Assembly (NCBI GenBank): GCA_963708725.1
Contig: CAVPTL010000018.1
Coordinates: 50,075 to 114,074, forward strand
Origin: an uncultured Actinomycetes bacterium
Lineage (GTDB): Bacteria; Actinomycetota; Thermoleophilia; Gaiellales; JAICJC01
Length of the DNA stretch: 64,000 nt
Direction: 5' to 3'
Positions 26,011-36,000 of this stretch are shown here, piece after piece (the first letter of the stretch is position 1; each line of letters begins with the position of its first letter). The notes under the pieces were generated by a model. It made no database searches, had not been told where the DNA came from, and was given only the letters and a program-made list of their open reading frames with translations. The translations under genes and the position numbers were made by a program.

Positions 26011-29000
26011 CATCCGCCGCGACAGCACCCGCGACTCGCCGTCGCCTGCCATGCTGACGCCGTAGAGGACGTCGGCGACCTCCATCGTGCGCCGCTGGTG
26101 GGTGATCACGATGAACTGGGCTCGAGACTGGTAGGCGCGCAGCAACGACAGGAACCGCTCGATGTTGGCGTCATCGAGCGCGGCCTCGACCTCGTCCAGG
26201 ACGTAGAACGGCGAGGGCTTGGTCAGCATCAGCGAAAACTGGAAGGCAATCGCGGTCAGCGACTTCTCGCCGCCCGAGAGCAGTGACAGTGACTCGATCC
26301 GCTTCCCCGCCGGACGCACCTCGAGCTCGATCCCCGGCTCGGGCCGTTCGCCTGGCAGTGACTCCTCGGCCTCGTCGCTCGACGACTCCTCGCCCTCCCC
26401 GACCGGCGCTGCCTTTGCGGGGGCCTCGACCACGTCGTCGGTCAGCCGCAACCGGCCGCTGCCTCCGGGAAAGAGCGTCCCGATCGTGTCGGCAAAGTGC
26501 TTGGCGACCTGGGTGAACGTCTCGTCGAACCTGGCGTCGATGGTCTGGGTCAACTCGCGCACCAGGCCGCGCAGCTCCTTGAGCGATCGCTCCAGGTCGT
26601 CACATTGCGTCGACAGCTCGTCCACCCTGACCTTCTCCGCCTCGTACTCTTCGGCGGCCAGCGGGTTGACCGCGCCCAGGCTCTCACGTCGGCGCTCGAG
26701 CCGCTCGAGCCGCGCGGCCAGGGCGGCGCTCTCGTCGGGCTGGAGCGGCTGCTCCAACTCGGGCAGCTCCAGCTCATGGGACGCTGCGATCTCGGCCCGT
26801 CGCCGGTCGAGTTCGGTCACGCGCTCGGCCGATCGACCGAGCGCCACCTCGATCTCGGTGGCGGCCGCGGTCGCCGTCCGGGCCGCCGCCTGCTCGGTAG
26901 CTTCGAGCTCGGCGCAGGCCTGCAGCTCGGATGAAAGCTCCGACGCCCGCTTCTCGATCGACTCGACTCCCGCCCGGGCCGGCGTCCGTAGCTGGTTCGC
27001 AGTCTCGGCGGCTCGGGTGAGTTGGGCAGCGATCGCCTCGACCTGGGGCGCCAAACGCTCGGCCAGCTGTGCAAGCTGAGACGCCTGTTGGGCCGACGCC
27101 GACGCCTCCGCGGCCGCCACTCGCAACCGGTCGAACTCCGCCTGGCTGCGCGACCGGCGCTCGCTCAAGCCGGCCACCTGGGCCGCGATCCGAGCGGTCT
27201 GCTCGGCCAGCTCACGGCGCCGCCGCTCAAGACTCGAATGCTGCTCCTCGGCCGCCGTCGCCGCCGCCCGCCGCTCGGATTCGAGCGCCTCGTGGGCCTC
27301 GAGGGCCGCGGTCAGTTCGGCCACCCGGGCGCGCTCGATCTCGAGATCGCGCTCGGCCAGGTCCCGGGCCGCATCCGACCGGGCAAGCTCGTCGACCAGC
27401 TGCTCGCGCCGGAGCCCCAGCTGGCGGGCCTGCTCGCGACGGGCGGTATCGGCGCTGCGGGCCTTGTCCTGCGCCTCGCGTGCCGCGGCGGCGGTGGCCG
27501 TCGCGGTGGCGGCTTCGGTCGCTGCCTGATCGGCGGTCTTGGTGGCCGCGGTCACCGCGATCGCGAGTTCGTCGAGCTCGACCTGGGTGCGGTCACGCTC
27601 GGCGCGGGCGCTGAGCCACGCCGCCTCACCCGCGTCGGCGGCCCGCCACAGCTCACCGCGATCCGCGTCGATGCCCTCGCCATCGACGGTGACGGCCAGC
27701 CCCGAACGCACCTTGGAAAGGTCATCGACGAGCCACACATCACCGATCAACCGCGCGACCGCCGGATCGGTGACCTTGACCACATCGAGCAGTGGACGGG
27801 CGCCGCCGACCGGAGGCTTCCCGGCAGCCGAGGAAGGCACGTCGGCAAGGATCACGGCAAGCTCGCCCTCGGCGCCATGGAGCAGATCCAGCGCATCGCC
27901 GATCTGCTTGGCCACCACCGCGCCGGCCCGCCATCCCAGGGCGGCTGCCACGGCGCGCTCGTATCCCGCCTGAGCCTCGATCCCCGCCACGACCAGCGTG
28001 GCGCCCGCGGCCTGGAGTGAGCGCGCTGCCGGTGGCAGTCCCTCGCCGCGCTCGAGCGCACGTTCCAGGCCCGCCAGCCGGGTTGCGGCCAGCTCACCGC
28101 GATGGGTGAGCTCATGCAGCGCGGTGCGGGCTGAGCGGTCGGCCTCGGCAGCGGTCGCTTCGGCCTCGGTCGCCGCGGCGGCAACCTCGAGCGCGGTCGC
28201 GAGTTCGGAGGCGGCAGCGACACCCAGCTCAGCCGCCCCATCGGCCTGGGTGTTTGCGCCTTCGAGCTCGGCCGCTGTGGCCGTGGCCCGGTCGCTGAGC
28301 GACTGTAGCTGCTTGGTGTGGGCGGCCAGGCGAGCCGCGGACTGCTCCGCCTCACGCCGGGTCGTGGAGACCTGCCCTTGCGCGTCGGCCATCGCCCGGC
28401 GAGCGTCGAGGGCTGCCGTCAACGCCGCCTCTGTCTGAGCGGTTGCGACCCGCTCACCCTCCACGTCCCCAACACCGAGCTTCTCGATCTCGGCCGCAGC
28501 CTGCTGGGCTGACTTCCCGGCCTCGACCGACTCGGCCGACCACCGCTTTGCGTCTGCGGCGAGCCGCTCGGCCGCCGCCAACCGACGGCCGCGGGCTCGC
28601 TCGAGCGCGGCTGAGCCCTGTGCGATGCGGCCGGTCTGTAGCCCCAGCCGCTCGCGGGCGGTCTCGAAGGCGTAGAAGGTGTGTGCGGCCCGCTCCTGAG
28701 CCGCGGCCAGACCGGTGAGCTCGGTCTCGGCCTGCGCCCGACGTGCGGCCAGCGCCGTGAGCTTCTTCTCGACGGCTGCATGCACCTCGGCCGCCGACGC
28801 CCGGCGGGCATCCAACCCGGCGCTGGAACTCCGCTCGACCAGCATCTCGGAGGACAGCAGGGTTACCCGGCCCACCGCGATCTCGCCGCCCAACTTGGCC
28901 GCACGCTCAGCGGCGGTCGCTTGCATCGAAAGCGGGCGCAGCCGGGCTTTGACCTCGCGCTCGAGGTCACGCGCTCGCTCAAGCTCCACCGCGACCCGCA

Positions 29001-29544
29001 CCATTTTGGCTTCGGCTCGGCTCCGGCGGCGCTGGTACTTGCCAAGGCCCGCGGCCTCCTCCACAAACCGTCGCCGCTCGTGCGGCTTGGAGAGAAGGAT
29101 CTCTTCCACCTTGCCCTGCCCGATAACCGAGTGCATCTCGCGTCCCAGTCCGGTATCGGCCAGGAGTTCGAGCAGGTCGAGCCGGCGCACCCGAGCCCGG
29201 TTGATGAAGTATTCGCCCTCGCGCTCGCGATGCAGGCGGCGCATGACCGACACCTCGTCGAACTCGAGCGGCAGCGTGCCGCACGAGTTGTCGAGCACGA
29301 GTTCGACCTCGCACACACCCGCCGGCGGCCGCGCGTCCGACCCCGAAAACAGCACGTCCTGCCCCAGTGGGGCTCGCAGCTGGGCCGGCGCCTGAGTCGC
29401 CATCGCCCACTGGAGGGCGTCGGCGATATTCGACTTACCGCTGCCGTTGGGACCGACGATCACGGCGATGCCCTCGTGAAACTGGAGCTCAACGCTCCCC
29501 GGGAACGACTTGAATCCTCGAATGCGGATGTTTTTCAGATACAT
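25972..29544 (-). CDS. smc: Chromosome segregation protein SMC
   Basis: 1190 aa. Walker A GPNGSGKSNI, long Ala/Glu/Arg coiled coils with a central hinge, signature LSGGEKSLTAIAF, Walker B FYVLDEVEAALD. Confidence 0.95.
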   Translation of the reverse strand: MYLKNIRIRGFKSFPGSVELQFHEGIAVIVGPNGSGKSNIADALQWAMATQAPAQLRAPLGQDVLFSGSDARPPAGVCEVELVLDNSCGTLPLEFDEVSVMRRLHREREGEYFINRARVRRLDLLELLADTGLGREMHSVIGQGKVEEILLSKPHERRRFVEEAAGLGKYQRRRSRAEAKMVRVAVELERARDLEREVKARLRPLSMQATAAERAAKLGGEIAVGRVTLLSSEMLVERSSSAGLDARRASAAEVHAAVEKKLTALAARRAQAETELTGLAAAQERAAHTFYAFETARERLGLQTGRIAQGSAALERARGRRLAAAERLAADAKRWSAESVEAGKSAQQAAAEIEKLGVGDVEGERVATAQTEAALTAALDARRAMADAQGQVSTTRREAEQSAARLAAHTKQLQSLSDRATATAAELEGANTQADGAAELGVAAASELATALEVAAAATEAEATAAEADRSARTALHELTHRGELAATRLAGLERALERGEGLPPAARSLQAAGATLVVAGIEAQAGYERAVAAALGWRAGAVVAKQIGDALDLLHGAEGELAVILADVPSSAAGKPPVGGARPLLDVVKVTDPAVARLIGDVWLVDDLSKVRSGLAVTVDGEGIDADRGELWRAADAGEAAWLSARAERDRTQVELDELAIAVTAATKTADQAATEAATATATAAAAREAQDKARSADTARREQARQLGLRREQLVDELARSDAARDLAERDLEIERARVAELTAALEAHEALESERRAAATAAEEQHSSLERRRRELAEQTARIAAQVAGLSERRSRSQAEFDRLRVAAAEASASAQQASQLAQLAERLAPQVEAIAAQLTRAAETANQLRTPARAGVESIEKRASELSSELQACAELEATEQAAARTATAAATEIEVALGRSAERVTELDRRRAEIAASHELELPELEQPLQPDESAALAARLERLERRRESLGAVNPLAAEEYEAEKVRVDELSTQCDDLERSLKELRGLVRELTQTIDARFDETFTQVAKHFADTIGTLFPGGSGRLRLTDDVVEAPAKAAPVGEGEESSSDEAEESLPGERPEPGIELEVRPAGKRIESLSLLSGGEKSLTAIAFQFSLMLTKPSPFYVLDEVEAALDDANIERFLSLLRAYQSRAQFIVITHQRRTMEVADVLYGVSMAGDGESRVLSRRMSDSLEPAPEIVG

Positions 29545-29550
29545 CTCGGC

Positions 29551-30168
29551 TCAGACCTGATCGATGTTTGCCAGCGCCTCGCGGGCCGCTGCCTGCTCGG
29601 AGGCCTTCTTGCTCGGCCCCGAACCCCGCCCGAGCTCGACATCTCCCAACATCGCCACTGTCGTGAACAGGCGCTGGTGAGGAGGCCCCGAGGTATCGGT
29701 CAAGGCATACGTTACAGATGCCCCCCGACGTGCAAGTTGTTCCTGGAGCACCGTCTTGTGGTCCACGTGGCGTTGCAGCACGTAATCGACGCGGTCGGCG
29801 AACAGGGCGACAACGGCCTCGGCGGTCGCGTCGAAGCCGCTGTTGAGAAAGACCGCGCCGATGACGGCCTCGACCGTGGCGGCCACGACACTCTGTGACC
29901 GGATCAGGGCGTCGATCTCTTCGGCGCCGACCCGCTCGCCCTCGCGCGCCAGATCGACGTCGAGCCCGGCCGCGCGCGCGACCACGGCACAACTGGTACG
30001 CGACACCACCTGGGCGCGCACCTTCGCCAGGTCGCCCTCAGATCGATCCGGGAAGCGCCGGTACAGGTGGTCTGCGATCGCGAGCCCCAGGACGCTATCG
30101 CCCAGGAACTCGAGCCGTTCGTACGACGTCTCTCGCCGCTCCACCCACGACGCGTGGGTGAACGCCAC
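29551..30168 (-). CDS. rnc: Ribonuclease III (5' end probably lies upstream of the first canonical start)
   Basis: ERLEFLGDSVLG signature, catalytic domain and C-terminal dsRBD (GPPHQRLFT...GSGPSKKASEQAAAREAL). The frame stays open upstream to 30300 and encodes a homologous-looking N-terminus without ATG/GTG/TTG. Confidence 0.9.
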   Translation of the reverse strand: MAFTHASWVERRETSYERLEFLGDSVLGLAIADHLYRRFPDRSEGDLAKVRAQVVSRTSCAVVARAAGLDVDLAREGERVGAEEIDALIRSQSVVAATVEAVIGAVFLNSGFDATAEAVVALFADRVDYVLQRHVDHKTVLQEQLARRGASVTYALTDTSGPPHQRLFTTVAMLGDVELGRGSGPSKKASEQAAAREALANIDQV

Positions 30169-30226
30169 GCGTCGTGCCTCTTCGGGAAGCGCGTCGATCA
30201 GAGCCCTGATCGGCGCCCCCGAGCTG

Positions 30227-30472
30227 TCAGCTGTGGCTGGTGACGTAGTCGACGGCCTGCCCGACGGTGCCGATCTTCTGCGCGTCTTCGTCCGAGATCT
30301 TCAAACCGAACTGATCCTCGAGCTCCATGATGAGCTCCACCAGATCGAGGGAATCTGCGTCCAGGTCGCCCTGGAACGACGCGTCCTCGGTCACCTGTTC
30401 TTCGTCGACGCCGAGCTGTTCGACCAGGATTGCCCTGACCCGCTCGAGCGCCTCCTCACGATTCATCGTCAC
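30227..30472 (-). CDS. acpP: Acyl carrier protein
   Basis: 81 aa. [20 protein letters not shown] (DSL phosphopantetheine site). GTG 30472 overlaps the plsX stop (GTGA); ATG 30466 is an alternative. Confidence 0.9.
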   Translation of the reverse strand: MTMNREEALERVRAILVEQLGVDEEQVTEDASFQGDLDADSLDLVELIMELEDQFGLKISDEDAQKIGTVGQAVDYVTSHS

Positions 30473-31545
30473 GCTTCTCCAATCTCAGGGGCAGCTGAGT
30501 GCGGGACTGTATGTGCCGCGGCGGACGTCTGCAACTCAGTTCTGCTCGCAGAGTTGCCCTCGCCCTCCGCCAAGCGGGCCGTCAAGCCCGCCACAACGCC
30601 TGCGGCAACACCCTTGGCGGTGTAGGTGATGGCATTTCGAATCGCGGTCGAATTCGAGTTTCCATGGGCGATCGAGACCACTCCACGCACACCCAGCAGG
30701 TAGGCGCCGCCATAGTTTTCCGGGTCGGTTTTGGTGCGGATCGCGCGTACCGCCGGCCGCAGCAGCAAGCCGCCGATCTTGGCCCGAAGGCTGGTATCGG
30801 CGGCCGCGCGCAGCTGTGTGAACAGCGCCACTCCGGCGCCCTCGAGCCCCTTCAGCAACACGTTTCCGGCGAATCCGTCGGCGACCACGACCTGGAACTC
30901 GCCGGTCAGCACGTCGCGGCCCTCGCAGTTGCCGCCGAAGTTGAGCTCAGACGCCGCCAGCAGCGCGTGGGCCTCGAGCGTGATCGCGGTGCCCTTGGAG
31001 GCCTCTTCGCCAATCGACAGCAGCCCGACCCGGGGGCTTTCGATCCCCAGCACATCGCGGGCGAACTCCGAGCCCATGATCCCGTACTTCTCCAGATGCT
31101 CGGGCTTCGCCTCGGGGTTCGCGCCGCAGTCGATCAGAAGGCACGGGTGATTCATGGCCGGCAGGGGCACGGCAATACCCGGCCGGGCGACACCCTTGAT
31201 GCGACCGAGGTGGATCAGCGCGGCCGCCATCACCGCCCCGGTCGGCCCGGCGGATACCACACCCTGCGCGCGGCCCTCACGCACCTCTCGACACGCCACC
31301 ACGAGCGACGAGCGATCCTTGGCGCGCACCGCGGCCGCCGGCTCGTCGTGGGCGTCGATCACGTCGGGGGCGTCCACGATCTCGATGCCGGCCACCTCGC
31401 CACCCAGCTCGGCCCGCAACTGATCCGCGGGTCCGCACATGCGCACGTGCACGCCCATCGCCGCCGCCAGAACGGCACCGGCCACGGTCGGCGACGGTGC
31501 GCTGTCGCCGCCCATCGCGTCGAGCGCGATGGTGACGTCAGTCAT
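30469..31545 (-). CDS. plsX: Phosphate acyltransferase PlsX
   Basis: [12 protein letters not shown]..., [19 protein letters not shown]. About 30 aa of low-complexity C-terminal extension. Confidence 0.9.
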   Translation of the reverse strand: MTDVTIALDAMGGDSAPSPTVAGAVLAAAMGVHVRMCGPADQLRAELGGEVAGIEIVDAPDVIDAHDEPAAAVRAKDRSSLVVACREVREGRAQGVVSAGPTGAVMAAALIHLGRIKGVARPGIAVPLPAMNHPCLLIDCGANPEAKPEHLEKYGIMGSEFARDVLGIESPRVGLLSIGEEASKGTAITLEAHALLAASELNFGGNCEGRDVLTGEFQVVVADGFAGNVLLKGLEGAGVALFTQLRAAADTSLRAKIGGLLLRPAVRAIRTKTDPENYGGAYLLGVRGVVSIAHGNSNSTAIRNAITYTAKGVAAGVVAGLTARLAEGEGNSASRTELQTSAAAHTVPHSAAPEIGEA

Positions 31546-31569
31546 CGAGAACTCACCCCGCGCCCCGTG

Positions 31570-31758
31570 TTAGGGCGCAACCTCACGCAGCGGAGTTACC
31601 TCGCGACCGCGATACTGACCGCAGTTCGGGCAGGCGTGGTGAGGGCGCAACGTGTGATGGCACTGCGGGCACTCCGACATGCTGGGTACCGAAATCGCGG
31701 TGTTCGCACGGCGCCTGTCGCGGCGAGCCTTGGAGGTCTTTTTCTTGGGGACGGCCAT
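31570..31758 (-). CDS. rpmF: 50S ribosomal protein L32
   Basis: ATG at 31758. MAVPKKKTSKARRDRRRA...CPQCHHTLRPHHACPNCGQYRG (Zn-ribbon type). Confidence 0.9.
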   Translation of the reverse strand: MAVPKKKTSKARRDRRRANTAISVPSMSECPQCHHTLRPHHACPNCGQYRGREVTPLREVAP

Positions 31759-31780
31759 GTCAGCGCGGAAGCATACAGGG

Positions 31781-32299
31781 CTACAGGTCGAGCTCGCGGA
31801 GCTTCGACCACCGCGAGTCGGAATTGTCGGCGCCGCAGTCGTGGTCGAGGTCGTCGTCCAGGCGCGCTCCACATGATGGGCACAGCCCTGCGCAGTCGTC
31901 GCGGCAGAGGATCTTGGCGGGAACCGCGAGCACCAACGCGTCGCGAGCCCAGCCGCCGAGGTCGAGCTCGTGGTCGTGCAGGTAGTCACTGACCAGCTCG
32001 TCATCCTCCACCGGCTCGCCGTCACGCTCGTGCTGGTGGTACTCGGTGGCATCGACGGCGACGGTCACCGCGGCGGGCTCGAGACAGCGCTGGCACGGGC
32101 CGGTGAGGTCGCAGCTGAACCGCAGACGCATGTACATGCCGTCGCTGCTTGGTTGGAGCCGCAGCTGGGCGTCGACCACCGGTTGGTCGGCGACGTACTC
32201 GAGGCCGCCCAGCACCACGGGCTCACAGTCCACGCGCACGGCAACGTCCCGGGACTCGCCCGGTTCGAGGCGGTAGTGCCGTAGGTCAAGCAGCGTCAT
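31781..32299 (-). CDS. yceD: YceD/DUF177 family protein (large-subunit rRNA accumulation protein)
   Basis: ATG at 32299 after AGGGGG. C-terminal CRDDCAGLCPSCGARLDDD motif. Conserved position upstream of rpmF. Confidence 0.8.
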   Translation of the reverse strand: MTLLDLRHYRLEPGESRDVAVRVDCEPVVLGGLEYVADQPVVDAQLRLQPSSDGMYMRLRFSCDLTGPCQRCLEPAAVTVAVDATEYHQHERDGEPVEDDELVSDYLHDHELDLGGWARDALVLAVPAKILCRDDCAGLCPSCGARLDDDLDHDCGADNSDSRWSKLRELDL

Positions 32300-32309
32300 G
32301 GTCCCCCTG

Positions 32310-32807
32310 TTACTGGGTATGGCTGAGATCAAACCCGGCGGTCGCGGGATCGGTGTTGTCGTCACCGCGTCCCGATAGCTGTTCGCGCCCGCGCTGCACG
32401 GCGGACAGGAACTTGGTCAGGTTGGTCTCCATGTTCTCGAGAATCGAATCGGCGTAGTCGTCGGCACCGAGGCGCATCTCGCGCGCCTTGCGGCGGGCGT
32501 CGGCCAGCACGTCCTCGGCCTGGCGCTCGGCGAGCTTGACGACCTCCTGCTGGGATGCCTCGCGGGCGGCGTGGTCGCGCGCCTCACCGATCATCCGCTC
32601 AGCCTCGCGCTTGGCCTCGGCGAGCATCTCCTGACGCTCCTTCACAATCCAGCGCGCCTGCTTGATCTCCTCGGGGATGGTCGCCCGCATGTGCGAGATG
32701 ATGTCCTCGATCTCGTCGCGGTCGAGCCGAACCTGGTTGCTCATAGGGACGCCCCGCGCGTTGAGCACGAGCTCATCCAGCTTGTCGATCAGTACCAGAA
32801 CGTCCAC
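32310..32807 (-). CDS. Conserved coiled-coil protein of unknown function
   Basis: 165 aa, GTG after AGGGAG. Charged heptad-like sequence (EEIKQARWIVKERQEMLAEAKREAERMIGEARDHAAREA...). Sits between coaD and yceD. Confidence 0.6.
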   Translation of the reverse strand: MDVLVLIDKLDELVLNARGVPMSNQVRLDRDEIEDIISHMRATIPEEIKQARWIVKERQEMLAEAKREAERMIGEARDHAAREASQQEVVKLAERQAEDVLADARRKAREMRLGADDYADSILENMETNLTKFLSAVQRGREQLSGRGDDNTDPATAGFDLSHTQ

Positions 32808-32828
32808 TTTCCATCTCCCTTGGCTTTA

Positions 32829-33332
32829 CTACTGAAGCGCGCCCGCGGTGTACATCCGCTCGAGCGTTCGCGCGACCGGTGCGGGCACATAGTCATCTAC
32901 CGACCCGCCGAAGGACGCGATCTCCCGCACACCGCGCGACGACAGGAAACTGTACTTCGGCGAAGCCATCAGATACAGCGTTTCGATCTCCTCTGCCAGT
33001 CCCCGATTGAGATTGTTCATCTGGAACTCCCACTCGAAGTCTGACACGGCGCGCAAGCCTTTCACAATCGCTCGCGCACCCGCAGCCCGCGCAAACTCGA
33101 CAACCAGGGTGGCAAACCCTTCCACCTGGACGTTGCCGAGGTCTGCCACGGACTCTCGAATGAAGCCTATCCGCTCGTCCACGGTGAACATTGTGGTTTC
33201 CTTGTGGCGGGGCTGGCGGACGACGCCCACAACGACCGTGTCGAACATCTGGGCCGCTCTCCGGATGATGTCGATGTGACCGACGGTGACCGGGTCGTAG
33301 GTGCCGGGACAGACCGCGATGCGCTCAGACAT
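32829..33332 (-). CDS. coaD: Phosphopantetheine adenylyltransferase
   Basis: AVCPGTYDPVTVGHIDII (T/HxGH), ...VKGLRAVSDFEWEFQM.... Confidence 0.95.
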   Translation of the reverse strand: MSERIAVCPGTYDPVTVGHIDIIRRAAQMFDTVVVGVVRQPRHKETTMFTVDERIGFIRESVADLGNVQVEGFATLVVEFARAAGARAIVKGLRAVSDFEWEFQMNNLNRGLAEEIETLYLMASPKYSFLSSRGVREIASFGGSVDDYVPAPVARTLERMYTAGALQ

Positions 33333-33867
33333 GGCAGAGAATCGTCAGTCGGGTGCCGCCATGAACGCGGGTACGGTCGATCGCAAGGCCCGTCAGCGCG
33401 GGCGTGTCGGCGGCCGCGCTCTCGATCACAACCCGGCCATCGGGAGCCAGGATTTCCGGTATATGCAGGGACATGTGGCGTTGCAACTCGGTCAGCATCG
33501 TATAAGGCGGGTCGATGAGCATCAAGTCGTACGTGCGCTTCGCAGCAACGTCCGAGGTGAAGCGGCGGGTGGCGTCGATGCGCGAGACGGTGCTTCGGTC
33601 GCCGTACCCGAGGAGTTCGACGTTGTGACGGATCGCGGTGATCGCGGCCGGGGAGACGTCGCAGAAGTCGGCCGTCGCCGCCCCCCGTGAGAGCGCTTCG
33701 AGCCCCAGTGCCCCGCTACCGGCAAACGGGTCGAGCACGCGGTCGCCGGTGACATCGTGAAGCATCGAGTAAAGCGCCTCGCGCACCTTGTCGGCGGTGG
33801 GACGGGTGCCGGCGCCGCGCGGCGCCACCAGCCGCATGCCCTTCCGGTCTCCTGCAACGATTCGCAT
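33325..33867 (-). CDS. rsmD: 16S rRNA (guanine966-N2)-methyltransferase RsmD
   Basis: RIVAGDRKG..L..P.G..TRPT.DKVREALYSML, LDPFAGSGALGLEALSRGA, IDPPY. Confidence 0.9.
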   Translation of the reverse strand: MRIVAGDRKGMRLVAPRGAGTRPTADKVREALYSMLHDVTGDRVLDPFAGSGALGLEALSRGAATADFCDVSPAAITAIRHNVELLGYGDRSTVSRIDATRRFTSDVAAKRTYDLMLIDPPYTMLTELQRHMSLHIPEILAPDGRVVIESAAADTPALTGLAIDRTRVHGGTRLTILCHV

Positions 33868-33876
33868 CCTCTGGGA

Positions 33877-36000
33877 TCATGCCTCAGCGGCCCAGGACAC
33901 ATCCGATCCAAAGATGCGCCTGGACTCGGCGTCCAGCAGAAACTCGGTGGCCGGCTGGGGCTCACGATCGAGCATCGAAATGGCGTCGGCCCGAGCCGCG
34001 GCCGCCAGTCGCCGGTGCCGGCGAAGCCGTGCGTGGCGAAAATCCGGAAGCCCGCTCTGACGCGCCGCGAGTACGGTGCCCTCCCCGCGCAGCTCGAGAT
34101 CGACCTCGGCCAGGACGAAGCCGTCCGTTGTGCGCACCATGGCATCGAGCCGCGCCCGGGCGTCGTCGGTGGTGGGGTCGGCGACCAGGATGCAGAAGCT
34201 CTCGAGCGAGCCGCGGCCGACCCGGCCGCGCAGCTGGTGCAGCTGGGCGAGTCCGAACATGTCGGCGCGCTCGACCACCATCACGGTGGCGTTGGGGACA
34301 TCGACCCCGACCTCGATCACGGTGGTGGCCACGAGCACGTCGATCTCGCCCCGCCGAAACTGCTCCATCAGGGCGCGCCGTTCGGGTATCGGCAGCTGGC
34401 CGTGGATACAGCCGACGCGATAGTCGGAAAGCTCGCCGGTACGCAGCTCGAGCGCCTCGCTCTCGGCGGCGGCGGCCTCGAGGTTCTCGGATTCGCTGAC
34501 CAGCGGGCAGACGACGTAGGCCTGGCGGCCCTCGCTCAGGAGCCGCCGCATGCGGGCAAACACCTCGCGCCGTCGCTCCGGCGGCACGAGCCGGGTGATC
34601 ACCGGTGTGCGCCCGGGTGGAAGCTCGTCGAGCACCGTCACGTCCAGGTCGCCGAACACGGTCATCGCCAGGGTGCGAGGTATCGGGGTGGCGGTCATGT
34701 GCAGGACGTGCGGTGCGATCCCGGCGTCGGCCTTGCGCTCGAGAGCCGCCCGCTGGTCGACGCCGAACCGGTGCTGCTCGTCGACAACGGCCACAGCCAG
34801 CCCGCCGAACACGACCGCATCCTGGATCAGCGCATGGGTGCCGACGACGATCACCGGCTCGCCCGACTCGATCAGCTGGAGCGCCGCCCGTCGCTCCGGC
34901 GCCGGCATGCCGTTCGTCAAACCCACCACCCGCACCCCCAGATCGGCGCAGATGTCGGTCACGTTGACGAGATGCTGGGTTGCGAGCGTCTCGGTCGGAG
35001 CCATCAACGCACCCTGGCGCCCCGCATCGACGGCTCGCAGAAGCGCATACACCGCCACCGCGGTCTTGCCCGACCCGACATCGCCCTGGAGTAACCGGCG
35101 CATCGGAGTCGTCCGTTGCAGATCCGAGTCGATCTCCTGAGTTGCACGCTGCTGCGCGCCGGTGAGCGCGAACGGGAGCCCCTCCAGATAGCGATCGATG
35201 AGATCCCCGCCCAGCTCCAGTGCCGGAGCGTGGACGCGCTGCTCGACCGCCCGGCGATGCCGCACGAGCCCGCGCTGGAGCAGGAGCAACTCGTCGTAGG
35301 CGAGCCGGCGGCGACCCCAGGCGTGTTCGACCATCGTGCGCGGCTGGTGACAGGCCACCAGGGCGTCTCGGCGAAGCGGAAGATTCCGCGCCGAAAGCAG
35401 CGCGGCGGGCACCGCATCGGGTCGGTCGCCGGCATGGTGCAGCTGCTCGGCGACCAGTGTGCGCAGTCGCCGTGACGACACCGTCTCACTTGCGGGGTAC
35501 ACCGGTACCAGCCCCTGGGTGTGAAGCGTCTCGGCGTCGTCGCCGACCAGCTCGTGGCTTTTGGCGACGATCTCAGCGTCGATCGTTGAGCGCCGCTCGC
35601 CACGGACTGACAGCCGCATCTCGGCCTTGAGGTTCTTGGCCAGGTAGCGCTGGTTGAACCACACCACAACCCCGGTACCCGATTCGTCGTGTACGACGGC
35701 TTCGACGATCACCAGGTTCCGGCGCCGGGTGGGTCGCATCCGCACCCGGTCGATGGTGACGATCACGGTCGCCTCCTCCCCCGGCTTCATGTCGATCAGC
35801 CGCGAGGCGCTGCGATAGTCGTCGTGCCGGAAGGGGACGTGCTCGAGCAGGTCGCCGACGGTTCGCACCGGCGGGCGAAGCTCGGCCAGCGCCGTGAGAG
35901 TGGCCCGTCCGGTGGCCGCCGGGGCATCGAGATGTGAGGGCGAAGGCGCAGAGCTGGGACGGGGAAACGACTGAGCGTCGCTGCCGTCGAACGACCTCAT
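33877..36000 (-). CDS. recG: ATP-dependent DNA helicase RecG
   Basis: ATG 36000 in ATGA overlap with the upstream stop. Wedge/OB N-terminus, GDVGSGKT, DEQHRFG, and helicase C motifs (LVATTVIEVGVDVPNA, QLHQLRGRVGRG). Confidence 0.9.
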   Translation of the reverse strand: MRSFDGSDAQSFPRPSSAPSPSHLDAPAATGRATLTALAELRPPVRTVGDLLEHVPFRHDDYRSASRLIDMKPGEEATVIVTIDRVRMRPTRRRNLVIVEAVVHDESGTGVVVWFNQRYLAKNLKAEMRLSVRGERRSTIDAEIVAKSHELVGDDAETLHTQGLVPVYPASETVSSRRLRTLVAEQLHHAGDRPDAVPAALLSARNLPLRRDALVACHQPRTMVEHAWGRRRLAYDELLLLQRGLVRHRRAVEQRVHAPALELGGDLIDRYLEGLPFALTGAQQRATQEIDSDLQRTTPMRRLLQGDVGSGKTAVAVYALLRAVDAGRQGALMAPTETLATQHLVNVTDICADLGVRVVGLTNGMPAPERRAALQLIESGEPVIVVGTHALIQDAVVFGGLAVAVVDEQHRFGVDQRAALERKADAGIAPHVLHMTATPIPRTLAMTVFGDLDVTVLDELPPGRTPVITRLVPPERRREVFARMRRLLSEGRQAYVVCPLVSESENLEAAAAESEALELRTGELSDYRVGCIHGQLPIPERRALMEQFRRGEIDVLVATTVIEVGVDVPNATVMVVERADMFGLAQLHQLRGRVGRGSLESFCILVADPTTDDARARLDAMVRTTDGFVLAEVDLELRGEGTVLAARQSGLPDFRHARLRRHRRLAAAARADAISMLDREPQPATEFLLDAESRRIFGSDVSWAAEA

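Noticed and set aside
30227-31545. Absence of fabD/fabG/fabF between plsX and acpP, compared with the Bacillus plsX-fabD-fabG-acpA-rnc order
   Set aside because: This is likely a lineage-specific gene order, with fab genes elsewhere in the genome. It is not an anomaly that can be evaluated from this window.
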